In this document: piece by piece, positions 16,701 to 23,806 of the stretch
Layout of the letters: each line of letters begins with the position of its first letter
How positions within the stretch are numbered: the first letter of the stretch is position 1
Source: Propionibacteriaceae bacterium
Lineage (GTDB): Bacteria > Actinomycetota > Actinomycetes > Propionibacteriales > Propionibacteriaceae
NCBI GenBank assembly: GCA_009779115.1
Contig: WREX01000001.1
Coordinates: 10,878 to 74,877, forward strand
DNA length: 64,000 bases
Direction of reading: 5' to 3'
Notes under the pieces: model-generated
What the model saw: only the letters and a program-made list of their open reading frames with translations
Told to the model about the DNA's origin: nothing
The model's database searches: none
Made by a program: the position numbers and the translations under genes

Positions 16701-18160
16701 TCATGGACGATCCGGCCAACCAGGCGCAACATCCCGTCTTCTGGAATCCCGATGAGGGCAATCTGGCCATTTATGGGGCTTCGGGCTCGGGAAAGTCCTC
16801 CACCTTGCGGACGATCGCGGTGTCAGCCAGCGTGTTGGCCCAGGTCGCGCGGGTGGATGTTTATGGCTTTGACGCCGGTTCGTCGGGTCTGGCCATGCTG
16901 GAACCGCTTCCTCATGTCGGCGCCATCATCGGAGCTGACGACCACGAGCGGGTCAACCGCCTGCTGCGCCGGTTGATCCAGACCCTCGACGAACGCGCGG
17001 ACAAGTTCGCTGCCGTTCGAGCAGGCAGTCTGGCCGACTACCGGCGCATCAGCGGTGACCAGACCACCGCCAGGATCCTCCTGCTGATCGACGGATTCGC
17101 CGCGTTCAGGGACATGTACGAGAACACCGTCGGAACGGCCCAACCGTACTCGATGCTAGCCAGGGTCTTGTCGGAAGGGCGTTCGGTGGGAATCCACGTG
17201 GCCCTGACCGCTGAAAGACCGAACGCCATCAACACCGCCCTGGCCGCCAGCATCCAGAAGAGACTGGTCCTCAAGCAGGCGGAGGAAGCGACGTACGTGC
17301 TGCTGAACATCGCCAAGGACATCCTCGACCCATCCAGTCCCCCCGGACGCGGGGTGTTCGCCGAAGACACCAACGAGATCCAGATAGCGGTCCTCAACGC
17401 GACGTCCGACACCGAGAAGCAAGCGGCGTCGATCGACTCGCTGGCCAAGTCGATGACACAGGTCGGCATCGTGGCGGCGCCGGGAGTGGAACGGTTGCCG
17501 AGCCTGATTCCGATCGGCCAGGTCCCGACATCTGTGGGCGGGCAACCAGTGTTGGGGGTCCGGGAAGACACGTTGGAACCGATCGGTTTCAGGGCCGAGG
17601 GAACCTTCGTCGTCGCGGGCATGCCAGGTACAGGGCGCACCACTGCCCTGCGCTATTTGTGCCATGCCCTGCACCGTTGGGATCCGCGGGTCCCCAAGTA
17701 CTACATCGGTCCGAGCCGGTCCGCCCTCCACGCCGAGACCATCTGGGCGGATCACGCGAGAACCGAGGAGGAGATCGCGGAGTTGTGCACCGACATTCTT
17801 CCTTCCCTGGAACGTCCAGCAGCGGGCATACCTGGTGCGGTGCTCGTCTTGGAGGCCTTGACCGAATTCATTGGATCCTCGGTGGAGAATCCCATCGTCG
17901 GTCTCATCCGGGCGGCCCGCCGCAATGGGCATCTGGTCATCGGCGAAACCGAGACTGCTGGTTGGGGATCGGCGTGGCCACTGATCTCTGAGATCAGAAA
18001 CGGACGCCGGGGCATCGTGCTTCAGCCCGACCAGGCGGACGGTGACGGGCTGTTCCGGGTGGCTTTCCCTCGCGTCAAGCGGGCCGACTTCCCCGTGGGA
18101 CGCGGAATCAGCGTGGATGCAGGCAAGTCATGTACGGTCCAGATTCCGCTGCCGGACTGA
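13739..18160 (+). CDS. essC: EssC/YukB-like type VII secretion ATPase: Ubl(beta-grasp)-FHA-2TM-3x FtsK/SpoIIIE
   Basis: GTG start 13739, 8 nt after GGGGAG. Residues 1-90 end in the YukD/EccD-like signature LSDAGLLSGATIQLVV. FHA spans residues 105-195. TM helices are FPLVAMVAPLIMGSVMYLF and IMSVIFVALSPLIAIGTWL. There are three P-loops: GTTGAGKSE, GASGSGKSS and GMPGTGRTT. Confidence 0.9.
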   Translation: MKIRLTLATDAGPRDITVTADATATIGDVASTIRRSLAFQAGLAPGGNPGPRMTLQTLSATGLVERTLLSQSSLSDAGLLSGATIQLVVLDAMPSRIDDHAGAAAYLHILSGPQTGQALPLRSGPNTIGRSPGADITIDDPFVSSIHARIVVSDHIEIIDMNSANGIAVGSGLVERSNLEAHDTVTLGDTSFRVERNPSAGASSSWTTSIEFNRSPQIWPAYAGRTFKLPQPAGPTKPGKFPLVAMVAPLIMGSVMYLFTHNIMSVIFVALSPLIAIGTWLDRRVTDRREKKQQTQRFRDEIETASTQIHQALAEEQQARCQEIPSLQTLVASVSQLAPTLWHRRPDQENFLTLMTGYGTAASRSTVDLPQRGEGSSQLWQLATDLQAHSQTVDNVPILVPLRTTGNLGIAGTPAWLDSVACAIVAQLACLHSPAEVVITGIASVASCRRWNWLMWLPHVGSTHSPIEGPHLATSPAEVSSLVSRLEELSAKRRELRRDAATALPAVVLVVENDAPIERGRLVSLAENGPDTGIHLIWMTPEQHDLPAACHAFFVENHSEHTMHIGFTQDNTWTQITSCETLTPADALVVARRMSPIHDAGAPMIDQSDLPRAISYLALAGPELADDPSFTVTRWRENGSILGPGELPPSSGSNLRGLIGQGAHGEFVLDLRIHGPHALVGGTTGAGKSEFLQAWVLGMAAANSPKRITFLFVDYKGGAAFADCIKLPHCVGLVTDLSAHLVRRALTSLKAELRYREHLLNEKKAKDLVSLEATGDPDCPPSLIIIVDEFAALAKEIPEFVDGVVDVAQRGRSLGMHLIMATQRPAGVIRDNLRANTNLRIALRMADETDSTDVIGTPLASSFDSRTPGRGAVRTGPGRIALFQSGYAGGQTTSEPEPARIDVETLCFGAGAPWEIPSDRAPKPQQSGTKDISRIVSSICQAAAITAIPEPRKPWLPDLDSAYDLATLFAASTQRARDTSVTALALGVMDDPANQAQHPVFWNPDEGNLAIYGASGSGKSSTLRTIAVSASVLAQVARVDVYGFDAGSSGLAMLEPLPHVGAIIGADDHERVNRLLRRLIQTLDERADKFAAVRAGSLADYRRISGDQTTARILLLIDGFAAFRDMYENTVGTAQPYSMLARVLSEGRSVGIHVALTAERPNAINTALAASIQKRLVLKQAEEATYVLLNIAKDILDPSSPPGRGVFAEDTNEIQIAVLNATSDTEKQAASIDSLAKSMTQVGIVAAPGVERLPSLIPIGQVPTSVGGQPVLGVREDTLEPIGFRAEGTFVVAGMPGTGRTTALRYLCHALHRWDPRVPKYYIGPSRSALHAETIWADHARTEEEIAELCTDILPSLERPAAGIPGAVLVLEALTEFIGSSVENPIVGLIRAARRNGHLVIGETETAGWGSAWPLISEIRNGRRGIVLQPDQADGDGLFRVAFPRVKRADFPVGRGISVDAGKSCTVQIPLPD
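14051..14324 (+). other. FHA domain of the EssC-like ATPase, with a canonical phosphothreonine-contact set
   Basis: YLHILSGPQTGQALPLRSGPNTIGRSPGADITIDDPFVSSIHARIVV...NSANGIAV...TLGDTSFRV. The G-R, S-x-x-H and N-G positions are all retained. Confidence 0.8.
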
Positions 18161-18316
18161 GGAGACCTGGCGCCAGCCAGCCGTCACCGGGACTCAGGGT
18201 ACGTCCAAGGGGCACTTCGCCAGAACCTAGAGCCAGGGCATCTTCGTAGTGACGCATCCGTTCAGGCCACGCCCCGCGTACTGCTTGTCACGGCGGAAAT
18301 CGGTACTCGTCGTTGG

Positions 18317-19036
18317 TTACTCGTCGTCATCGTGAACGGCGCCAGGGTCGTCCAGCAGGGTGAGGTCTTCCGCGGTCACGAAACCGGTCGACACCGCCCA
18401 CTCGACCAGGCGCGAGCGGCGGCCCGAGGCGTGTTGGCGCACCCCTCCGCGCATCCCGTCCACACCGAGGTTGTCCAATTTCATACAGATATTGTCGATT
18501 TTCTTTTCGTAGCGTTTGACGGACCAGCCGATCCGGTCGGCGGCGTCGGCATTCGAGGGGACATGGATCATCCCGAAGCCTTCACGCCTGAGCGCGGGCT
18601 CAGCCAGGGCCACGACTGCCAGCCGCTGGGCCATGGTCCAGCCCACACCGTCGATCGTGGTCCCCGATTCCGCCGTGGCAGTCCCTATCCCCTCCTGCCA
18701 CAAGGGGATTTCATTCACCAGATGGATTTGGTACGTGCATGGACCGGCGGTGAACACCACGTCGACAGAACCGAACACCAGGGGCAGCCGGGTGGAGGGG
18801 CCCAGCCATGCCTGCAGGCTCGTCTTGCGGTCATAGACGGTGGCCGCCGTCGTGCCGCCGATGTTGACCAGCCACCACAGGTCGTACTCGTACACCAACC
18901 GCAGGAAACGACGATGCAGGTACGGGTTGGCGTCGAGAACCATGTCTGCCTCGCGGCCGATGTCGAACACCTGGCCCGGGCTCACCACGTGCGTCCGTCC
19001 CTCGAACTCGATACGAACAGTCGACTCCTCTGCCAT
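18317..19036 (-). CDS. FHA-like N-terminal domain / C-terminal helix-turn-helix putative regulator
   Basis: Start at ATG 19036 after GGGGAGGA (ORF track extends to 19276). The N-terminus reads VRIEFEGRTHVVSPGQVFDIGREADMVL...LHRRFLRL...NIGG. The C-terminus ADRIGWSVKRYEKKIDNICMKLDNLG...RRSRLVEWAVSTGFVTAEDL resembles a LuxR/GerE-type HTH. Confidence 0.6.
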   Translation of the reverse strand: MAEESTVRIEFEGRTHVVSPGQVFDIGREADMVLDANPYLHRRFLRLVYEYDLWWLVNIGGTTAATVYDRKTSLQAWLGPSTRLPLVFGSVDVVFTAGPCTYQIHLVNEIPLWQEGIGTATAESGTTIDGVGWTMAQRLAVVALAEPALRREGFGMIHVPSNADAADRIGWSVKRYEKKIDNICMKLDNLGVDGMRGGVRQHASGRRSRLVEWAVSTGFVTAEDLTLLDDPGAVHDDDE

Positions 19037-19061
19037 GCGTCCTCCCCTTCGTGTATGGATA

Positions 19062-20762
19062 TCAGGCGACAGCACAACGCCTCGTTGTGTCCGATGGTAC
19101 CCCGTGACGGACGACTTGCACGTCAAGACAAACGTAACTGTCCTGCTCAGGCCAAGCCACCGTGACCGTCGTCTGATCCGTGATTTTAGCGGTGACATCG
19201 GTCGACCCGTCGACGGTGTAACGGTATTGATCACCCTCCTGGGGGTCCGGATTGACCCAGGTGAAGACTGCATCACCCGAAGAATCGTGGGTGCCGGTCA
19301 GATCGGTGACTGCTTGGGGGATGGTGGAATTCACGATGGGATTGTGGGGTGTGGCGGAGGTGGTGGTGGCATCGGGAGGAGGGGGCACGTCAGGAGCGCC
19401 GTGGAGAACCACGACGACCACGGTCACGGCAACAGCGATGATGACGACCGCGAGGGCGACCACACCCCATCGGCGTTTCCCGGGTGACTTAGGCGACCGT
19501 GGCTGAGCAGTCACCGATTCCGCAGGCTCAGGGTGGTCCAGAGTCACCGGGCGTACTTGGGTGGGATCGAGCAACCCGCCGAAGTCCACAGCGGTCGTCG
19601 GATAGGCCGGGTGGGCCATCTTGGAAGTGTTTTTCCTGCCAGGAACCTCGGAAATGGGCAATGAGCCCATACTTGCTAGTGGCAGGTCCTTGACTGGGGC
19701 ATGAGCCACGTCGGTGGCCTGTGCCACCCCCGGGAGGTGGGCCGGGTCGGGTTCCAAGGTGGGATCGATGGTCTGCTCAATGTGGGGGTCGATCACAGTC
19801 AATGGGCGCAGACTCGTCCCCGCTGTCTCGTCATCGCCGATCCGGTCATCGCCGTCAGAATCCTCCAGGATGTCCATCTGGGTCGCCGGCAGGTGGAGTT
19901 CGGCTTCGACCTCGCGCAGGGCCATGCCGAAGGCCTTCATGGAGGGATACCGGGCCTGCGGCGACTTGGCCATGGCAGTGGACAAGACCTGATCCAAGGA
20001 GGCGGGAGCGTCAACCCGGCCGAGCGGGCGGTAGGGAGCATTGCGGATCCTGTCGATCATCACATGTTGCCGATTGTCTCCACCGGGAATCTCGAAGGGG
20101 GGCCTGCCCGTCAGCAAAGCGTACATGGTGGCTGCCAGGCTCCAGATGTCCGATTGGCGGGTCGGACGAGGATTCTTGTCGAAGGACTCGGGCGGGCTCC
20201 ACGGGATCGACATCCCCTGCGCGCCTCCCCTGGAAGCCTCGACATCCGTCATGGCGATACCGAAGTCGCCGAGGACCGGGCGGGAGAAGCGGTCCATCAG
20301 AATATTGGCTGGCTTGACATCCCGGTGCAAAATCCCTTGTGAATCAGTCCCCAGGCCCGGACTCGTGTAGCGATGGGCCGACTCCAAGGCTCCAGCCAAC
20401 TGGATGCCTATCTTGAGGACATTGGCCAAGGACCACCCAGTCTTGCGCAGTCCCTGGGACAGGGCGGCACCCGGGTAGTACTCCATCACCAAGTACGGGC
20501 GCCCGTCCATCGCGACCCCGGAGGAAAAGACTGTCACGATGTTCTGGTGTCCGGACAACCCGGCCATGGCGTCGGCCTCTTTGTTGAGCCGGGCGGCTGC
20601 TTGGCTTCCCGCCATGTCGGCGTGCAAGACCTTCACGGCGACCTGGCGGTGCGGAGTGTCTTGGGAATACAAGTACACGTCGGCGAACCCACCGTGTCCG
20701 AGATCGCGCAGGTAGGAGAAACCGGGAATCTGCGGTGGGGCCTCACGCCGGGTCGAACTCAT
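19062..20762 (-). CDS. Hanks-type Ser/Thr protein kinase, single TM, FN3-like extracellular domain
   Basis: Kinase motifs are LGHGGFADVY, VAVKVL, HRDVKPANIL, DFGIA, SPPE and DIWSLA. A Pro-rich linker follows, then the TM helix WGVVALAVVIIAVAVTVVVVVL. The ectodomain is about 110 aa (AVTDLTGT..AVFTWVNPDP..GDQYRY). Confidence 0.92.
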   Translation of the reverse strand: MSSTRREAPPQIPGFSYLRDLGHGGFADVYLYSQDTPHRQVAVKVLHADMAGSQAAARLNKEADAMAGLSGHQNIVTVFSSGVAMDGRPYLVMEYYPGAALSQGLRKTGWSLANVLKIGIQLAGALESAHRYTSPGLGTDSQGILHRDVKPANILMDRFSRPVLGDFGIAMTDVEASRGGAQGMSIPWSPPESFDKNPRPTRQSDIWSLAATMYALLTGRPPFEIPGGDNRQHVMIDRIRNAPYRPLGRVDAPASLDQVLSTAMAKSPQARYPSMKAFGMALREVEAELHLPATQMDILEDSDGDDRIGDDETAGTSLRPLTVIDPHIEQTIDPTLEPDPAHLPGVAQATDVAHAPVKDLPLASMGSLPISEVPGRKNTSKMAHPAYPTTAVDFGGLLDPTQVRPVTLDHPEPAESVTAQPRSPKSPGKRRWGVVALAVVIIAVAVTVVVVVLHGAPDVPPPPDATTTSATPHNPIVNSTIPQAVTDLTGTHDSSGDAVFTWVNPDPQEGDQYRYTVDGSTDVTAKITDQTTVTVAWPEQDSYVCLDVQVVRHGVPSDTTRRCAVA

Positions 20763-22282
20763 GCCAACTCCTCGATCGTGACCATCAGGTCGTGGCTGAG
20801 GAAGTAGACGTCCTTTTCTTGGGCGATCTCCTGCTGCCCGTCAGTCAGACGGCGGTCGGGTTGCCCGACCCGGCGCAGAATGGTCCCGTTGCGGCCCAGA
20901 CTGGTCACCAGGACACTCCAATCCTCCAGGTCGACCCTCAGGTGGGTCGCCGACACATGGGGATCCTCGACGGTGATCAGGTTGGGGATGTCCAGGTTGG
21001 AGAACCGGGTCGCTTCGGGGCGGCGGCCGATGACGAAGGGATGGTCGATGGGCCTCACATCTCCCCCCGGCAGTTTCAGCCTTCCCAGGATCGGTCGCGG
21101 CACTTGAGTGGCATCGACATCCAGCGGGGAGTCACAGAACCGGCAGGTGACTCGCCGGGTCGAGTTGGCGCTGTGACACCGTGGGCAGATCCGCGCCGAG
21201 ACCATGGGGCCCGCCGGGGACGGAACTGGGCTGGCGGCCACCTGGTCGCCGACCCAGGTGTGGGTGGTCATTCCGTCGTGATCAGTGGAGGGACCTTCGC
21301 CAAAACCCGGTGCCGACATCACCGTCATGCCATCGTGGTCATCCTCGTCCTCGTACGGTTGGTTCGTCCTCGCCAGCCCTGGGTCGTACGCCGGTCCGCC
21401 AGGTGGCGGGGACATGGTCAGTTGAGTCTCGGCGGCGCTTTGAACAGGAGCAGTGGAAGCGGGATTCCCCAGGTCAGGATTCCCAGGGTCGAGATTCTCC
21501 GCTGCCTGATTCGCTGCTGCTGGGCCCTCGAAGAAGGACCGGTACAACGTGGTGTAGTGCAGGTCTTGCTCGTCACGGGATTGGACAGGGGCAGGTGGGG
21601 TACCCGACGGCGGAGTCACTGGTTCACCCTGCGGCGAGCCTGGGTGGGGAGGAGCAGCGGGACCATGGGCCGGGGGCGGGACAGCCGGTACTGGCGACAC
21701 CGGGGCCGCATGACCGGCTGGATTGGACTGCTCACCCTGGGCAGCGACCGCCGCAGGTGAAGGGGTGTCTGGCACATTGAGGGCCGCCAGTCCAGTGCCT
21801 GGGGTACTGGTCACAACACTGTGGACAGGGGCGGAGTCTGACCAGTCCCCTCCCCCCGGGAGCATGTCGATGCAAGAGACTGGCACGATGCCGTCGTTGA
21901 GCACCCAGGAGGGCAGGCCGCCGTCTTCGTCGGCAGCCACACTGAGCTGACTGGGGGCAAGAATCCTGTCTTCTTTCCAGGTCAGGACGTCAGCGCCGCT
22001 GATCAATACTGGTCCCCCAGTGGTCATCGCGCGTACTGACAATGGACCGCGTACTGCGATGTGGATGCCGCCGGATTCGGGCACGGCGATGGCGAAGGCG
22101 GGCAAGGCCGTCAGGTCCGCCGCCGCGTCGCCGACCATCCGCTGGAGGAGCTGGGCGAAACCGCTTCCACTGCGCAGGGCTGCCCATACCGACGTCACCT
22201 TCTCGCCGGTTGAGTCCGGTGCGAGGATGACACAGCCAGATCCCGACACCAGGCCGTACCATTGTCCCGTCGCGTACCTCAT
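20759..22282 (-). CDS. FHA domain protein with zinc ribbon and long Pro-rich linker
   Basis: Start at ATG 22282 overlaps the PP2C stop (ATGA); the ORF track extends to 22534. Zinc ribbon: CPRCHSANSTRRVTCRFC. C-terminal FHA: VIGRRPEA...SATHLRV...GRNGTIL. Confidence 0.8.
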   Translation of the reverse strand: MRYATGQWYGLVSGSGCVILAPDSTGEKVTSVWAALRSGSGFAQLLQRMVGDAAADLTALPAFAIAVPESGGIHIAVRGPLSVRAMTTGGPVLISGADVLTWKEDRILAPSQLSVAADEDGGLPSWVLNDGIVPVSCIDMLPGGGDWSDSAPVHSVVTSTPGTGLAALNVPDTPSPAAVAAQGEQSNPAGHAAPVSPVPAVPPPAHGPAAPPHPGSPQGEPVTPPSGTPPAPVQSRDEQDLHYTTLYRSFFEGPAAANQAAENLDPGNPDLGNPASTAPVQSAAETQLTMSPPPGGPAYDPGLARTNQPYEDEDDHDGMTVMSAPGFGEGPSTDHDGMTTHTWVGDQVAASPVPSPAGPMVSARICPRCHSANSTRRVTCRFCDSPLDVDATQVPRPILGRLKLPGGDVRPIDHPFVIGRRPEATRFSNLDIPNLITVEDPHVSATHLRVDLEDWSVLVTSLGRNGTILRRVGQPDRRLTDGQQEIAQEKDVYFLSHDLMVTIEELA

Positions 22283-23091
22283 GATTGGTCTTTCTCGCCG
22301 GACTGGCCGCCGTCTGCCAGGCCCATCGTGTCGTCGACAGTGGCCCCGCCCGGATCGCCCGCGAAATCCTCCACGTCCACGATAACGACCGACACGTTGT
22401 CGCGCCCGCCCGCGGCCAGGGCGGCGCTGACCAGTTGGGTGACAACCTCGTGGGCCGGGAGCGGTTGGGTGACGATGCGGGCGATCTCGGTCTCGGTCAG
22501 CTCTGTGGTCAGCCCGTCCGAACAGATCATCCACCGCCCAGGACCCATGACCGGAATGAGCCAGTAGTCGGGCCGCTCGACGGTGCGCGCTCCGAGGACC
22601 CGCGTGATGACATTGCGCCGGGAGTACGTCCGGGCTGAAACGGCGTCCAAACGTCCCGCCTCGATCATCTCCTGGGCTTCGGAGTGGTCCACGGACACCT
22701 GGTTGACCGTGTCACCGACGACACGGTAGGTGCGCGAATCCCCCAGATTGATCACCAGCCAGTACGGCCAGCCGTCTTGTCGCACCAGCACGATGCCGCT
22801 GACCGTCGTACCGGCCGCCCTCCACGTGTGCGAAGCCTCCAACGAGTCGATGCTCCAGCGGGCCCGGGTGAGGGCGTCACGGACATCTTCGACGCTGGGG
22901 TCGGCGCCCAGTTTGCTCATCTCATCGATCACGATGGCACTGGCACGGTCACCGGCGTCGTGGCCGCCCATGCCGTCGGCCACGATGAACACAGGGCGTT
23001 CGGCCAAGACGGCGTCCTCGTTGAAGGCACGGCGGTGGCCGATGTCGGTCGCGGAGGCGACACTGAGTTTCACATCATCCAGGACAGTCAT
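22279..23091 (-). CDS. PP2C-family Ser/Thr protein phosphatase
   Basis: ATDIGHRRAFNEDA, VADGMGGHDAG, a GDSR block and a C-terminal DNVSVV. These match PPM/PP2C motifs. Confidence 0.92.
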   Translation of the reverse strand: MTVLDDVKLSVASATDIGHRRAFNEDAVLAERPVFIVADGMGGHDAGDRASAIVIDEMSKLGADPSVEDVRDALTRARWSIDSLEASHTWRAAGTTVSGIVLVRQDGWPYWLVINLGDSRTYRVVGDTVNQVSVDHSEAQEMIEAGRLDAVSARTYSRRNVITRVLGARTVERPDYWLIPVMGPGRWMICSDGLTTELTETEIARIVTQPLPAHEVVTQLVSAALAAGGRDNVSVVIVDVEDFAGDPGGATVDDTMGLADGGQSGEKDQS

Positions 23092-23804
23092 GACTCTCGG
23101 GCCCTCTCAACATGGAATCGTCTGCGTCCCAGGATCAGGGTGTCACCGATCGACAGTCGGACCGGTTCTCCGGGAACCAGGTGGAGGGGCAGGCTCCCCA
23201 TCCGTACAAGATCCGTACCATTGGTGGATCCTCGGTCCTTGAGCCATAACCCCTGGTCATCAAGGCCATACTCGGCGTGGGTCTTCGACAAGGACCGCTC
23301 CGGGTCGTCCACTGCCGTACACACCACGGACGGGTCTGGCGACTCCGGGTTGCGTCCGACCAGGCCGTGGCTGCTCACGTGGATGCGTTGGCCGGTGTCG
23401 AACACCAAATCGATGCTGAGGCTGTCCACGGCAGGGGTGGCCATCGGGGGCCCCGCCACGGCTGGCCGGTCCATCACTGGTCCCGGACGAGGCCCGGTCC
23501 ATCCGCCCGGGGCCAAGACCGTGGAGGCCACGGCGGCCACCGCCGCAGTGGGAGGTGGGCAGACAGCGGTCAGCTGAGTTTGTCCTGTGCGCACGGCAGG
23601 CTCGGGTCGCGGTGTCGACGCCGGTTGAGCCGCCTGGGAAGGGTTGCCATCAGCCTGCCCGTGGTCGAAGAACTCCGGGGTCCTGGTCCCCGGGACATCC
23701 CAGATCAGGAAACCAGCTGGATTCGAGGGGACGGACCGCCCGCAAGCAGGGCAGGCGACGGCTGACTCGGGGATCTGAGCCCCACACTGAGGACATGATC
23801 GCAT
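23088..23804 (-). CDS. FHA domain protein with N-terminal zinc ribbon
   Basis: Start at ATG 23804, 2 nt below the upstream stop; the ORF track extends to 23942. Zinc ribbon: CPQCGAQIPESAVACPACG. A Pro-rich linker follows. FHA: LVGRNPES...SKTHAEY...STNGTDL. Confidence 0.8.
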   Translation of the reverse strand: MRSCPQCGAQIPESAVACPACGRSVPSNPAGFLIWDVPGTRTPEFFDHGQADGNPSQAAQPASTPRPEPAVRTGQTQLTAVCPPPTAAVAAVASTVLAPGGWTGPRPGPVMDRPAVAGPPMATPAVDSLSIDLVFDTGQRIHVSSHGLVGRNPESPDPSVVCTAVDDPERSLSKTHAEYGLDDQGLWLKDRGSTNGTDLVRMGSLPLHLVPGEPVRLSIGDTLILGRRRFHVERARES

Positions 23805-23806
23805 TC

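Noticed and set aside
18161-18316. Bidirectional terminator between the convergent essC-like and FHA/HTH genes, including the 10-bp palindrome CTGGCGCCAG at 18167-18176.
   Set aside because: The palindrome has no loop, and I found no stable stem-loop by eye in the 157-nt gap. An RNA-folding run would be needed.
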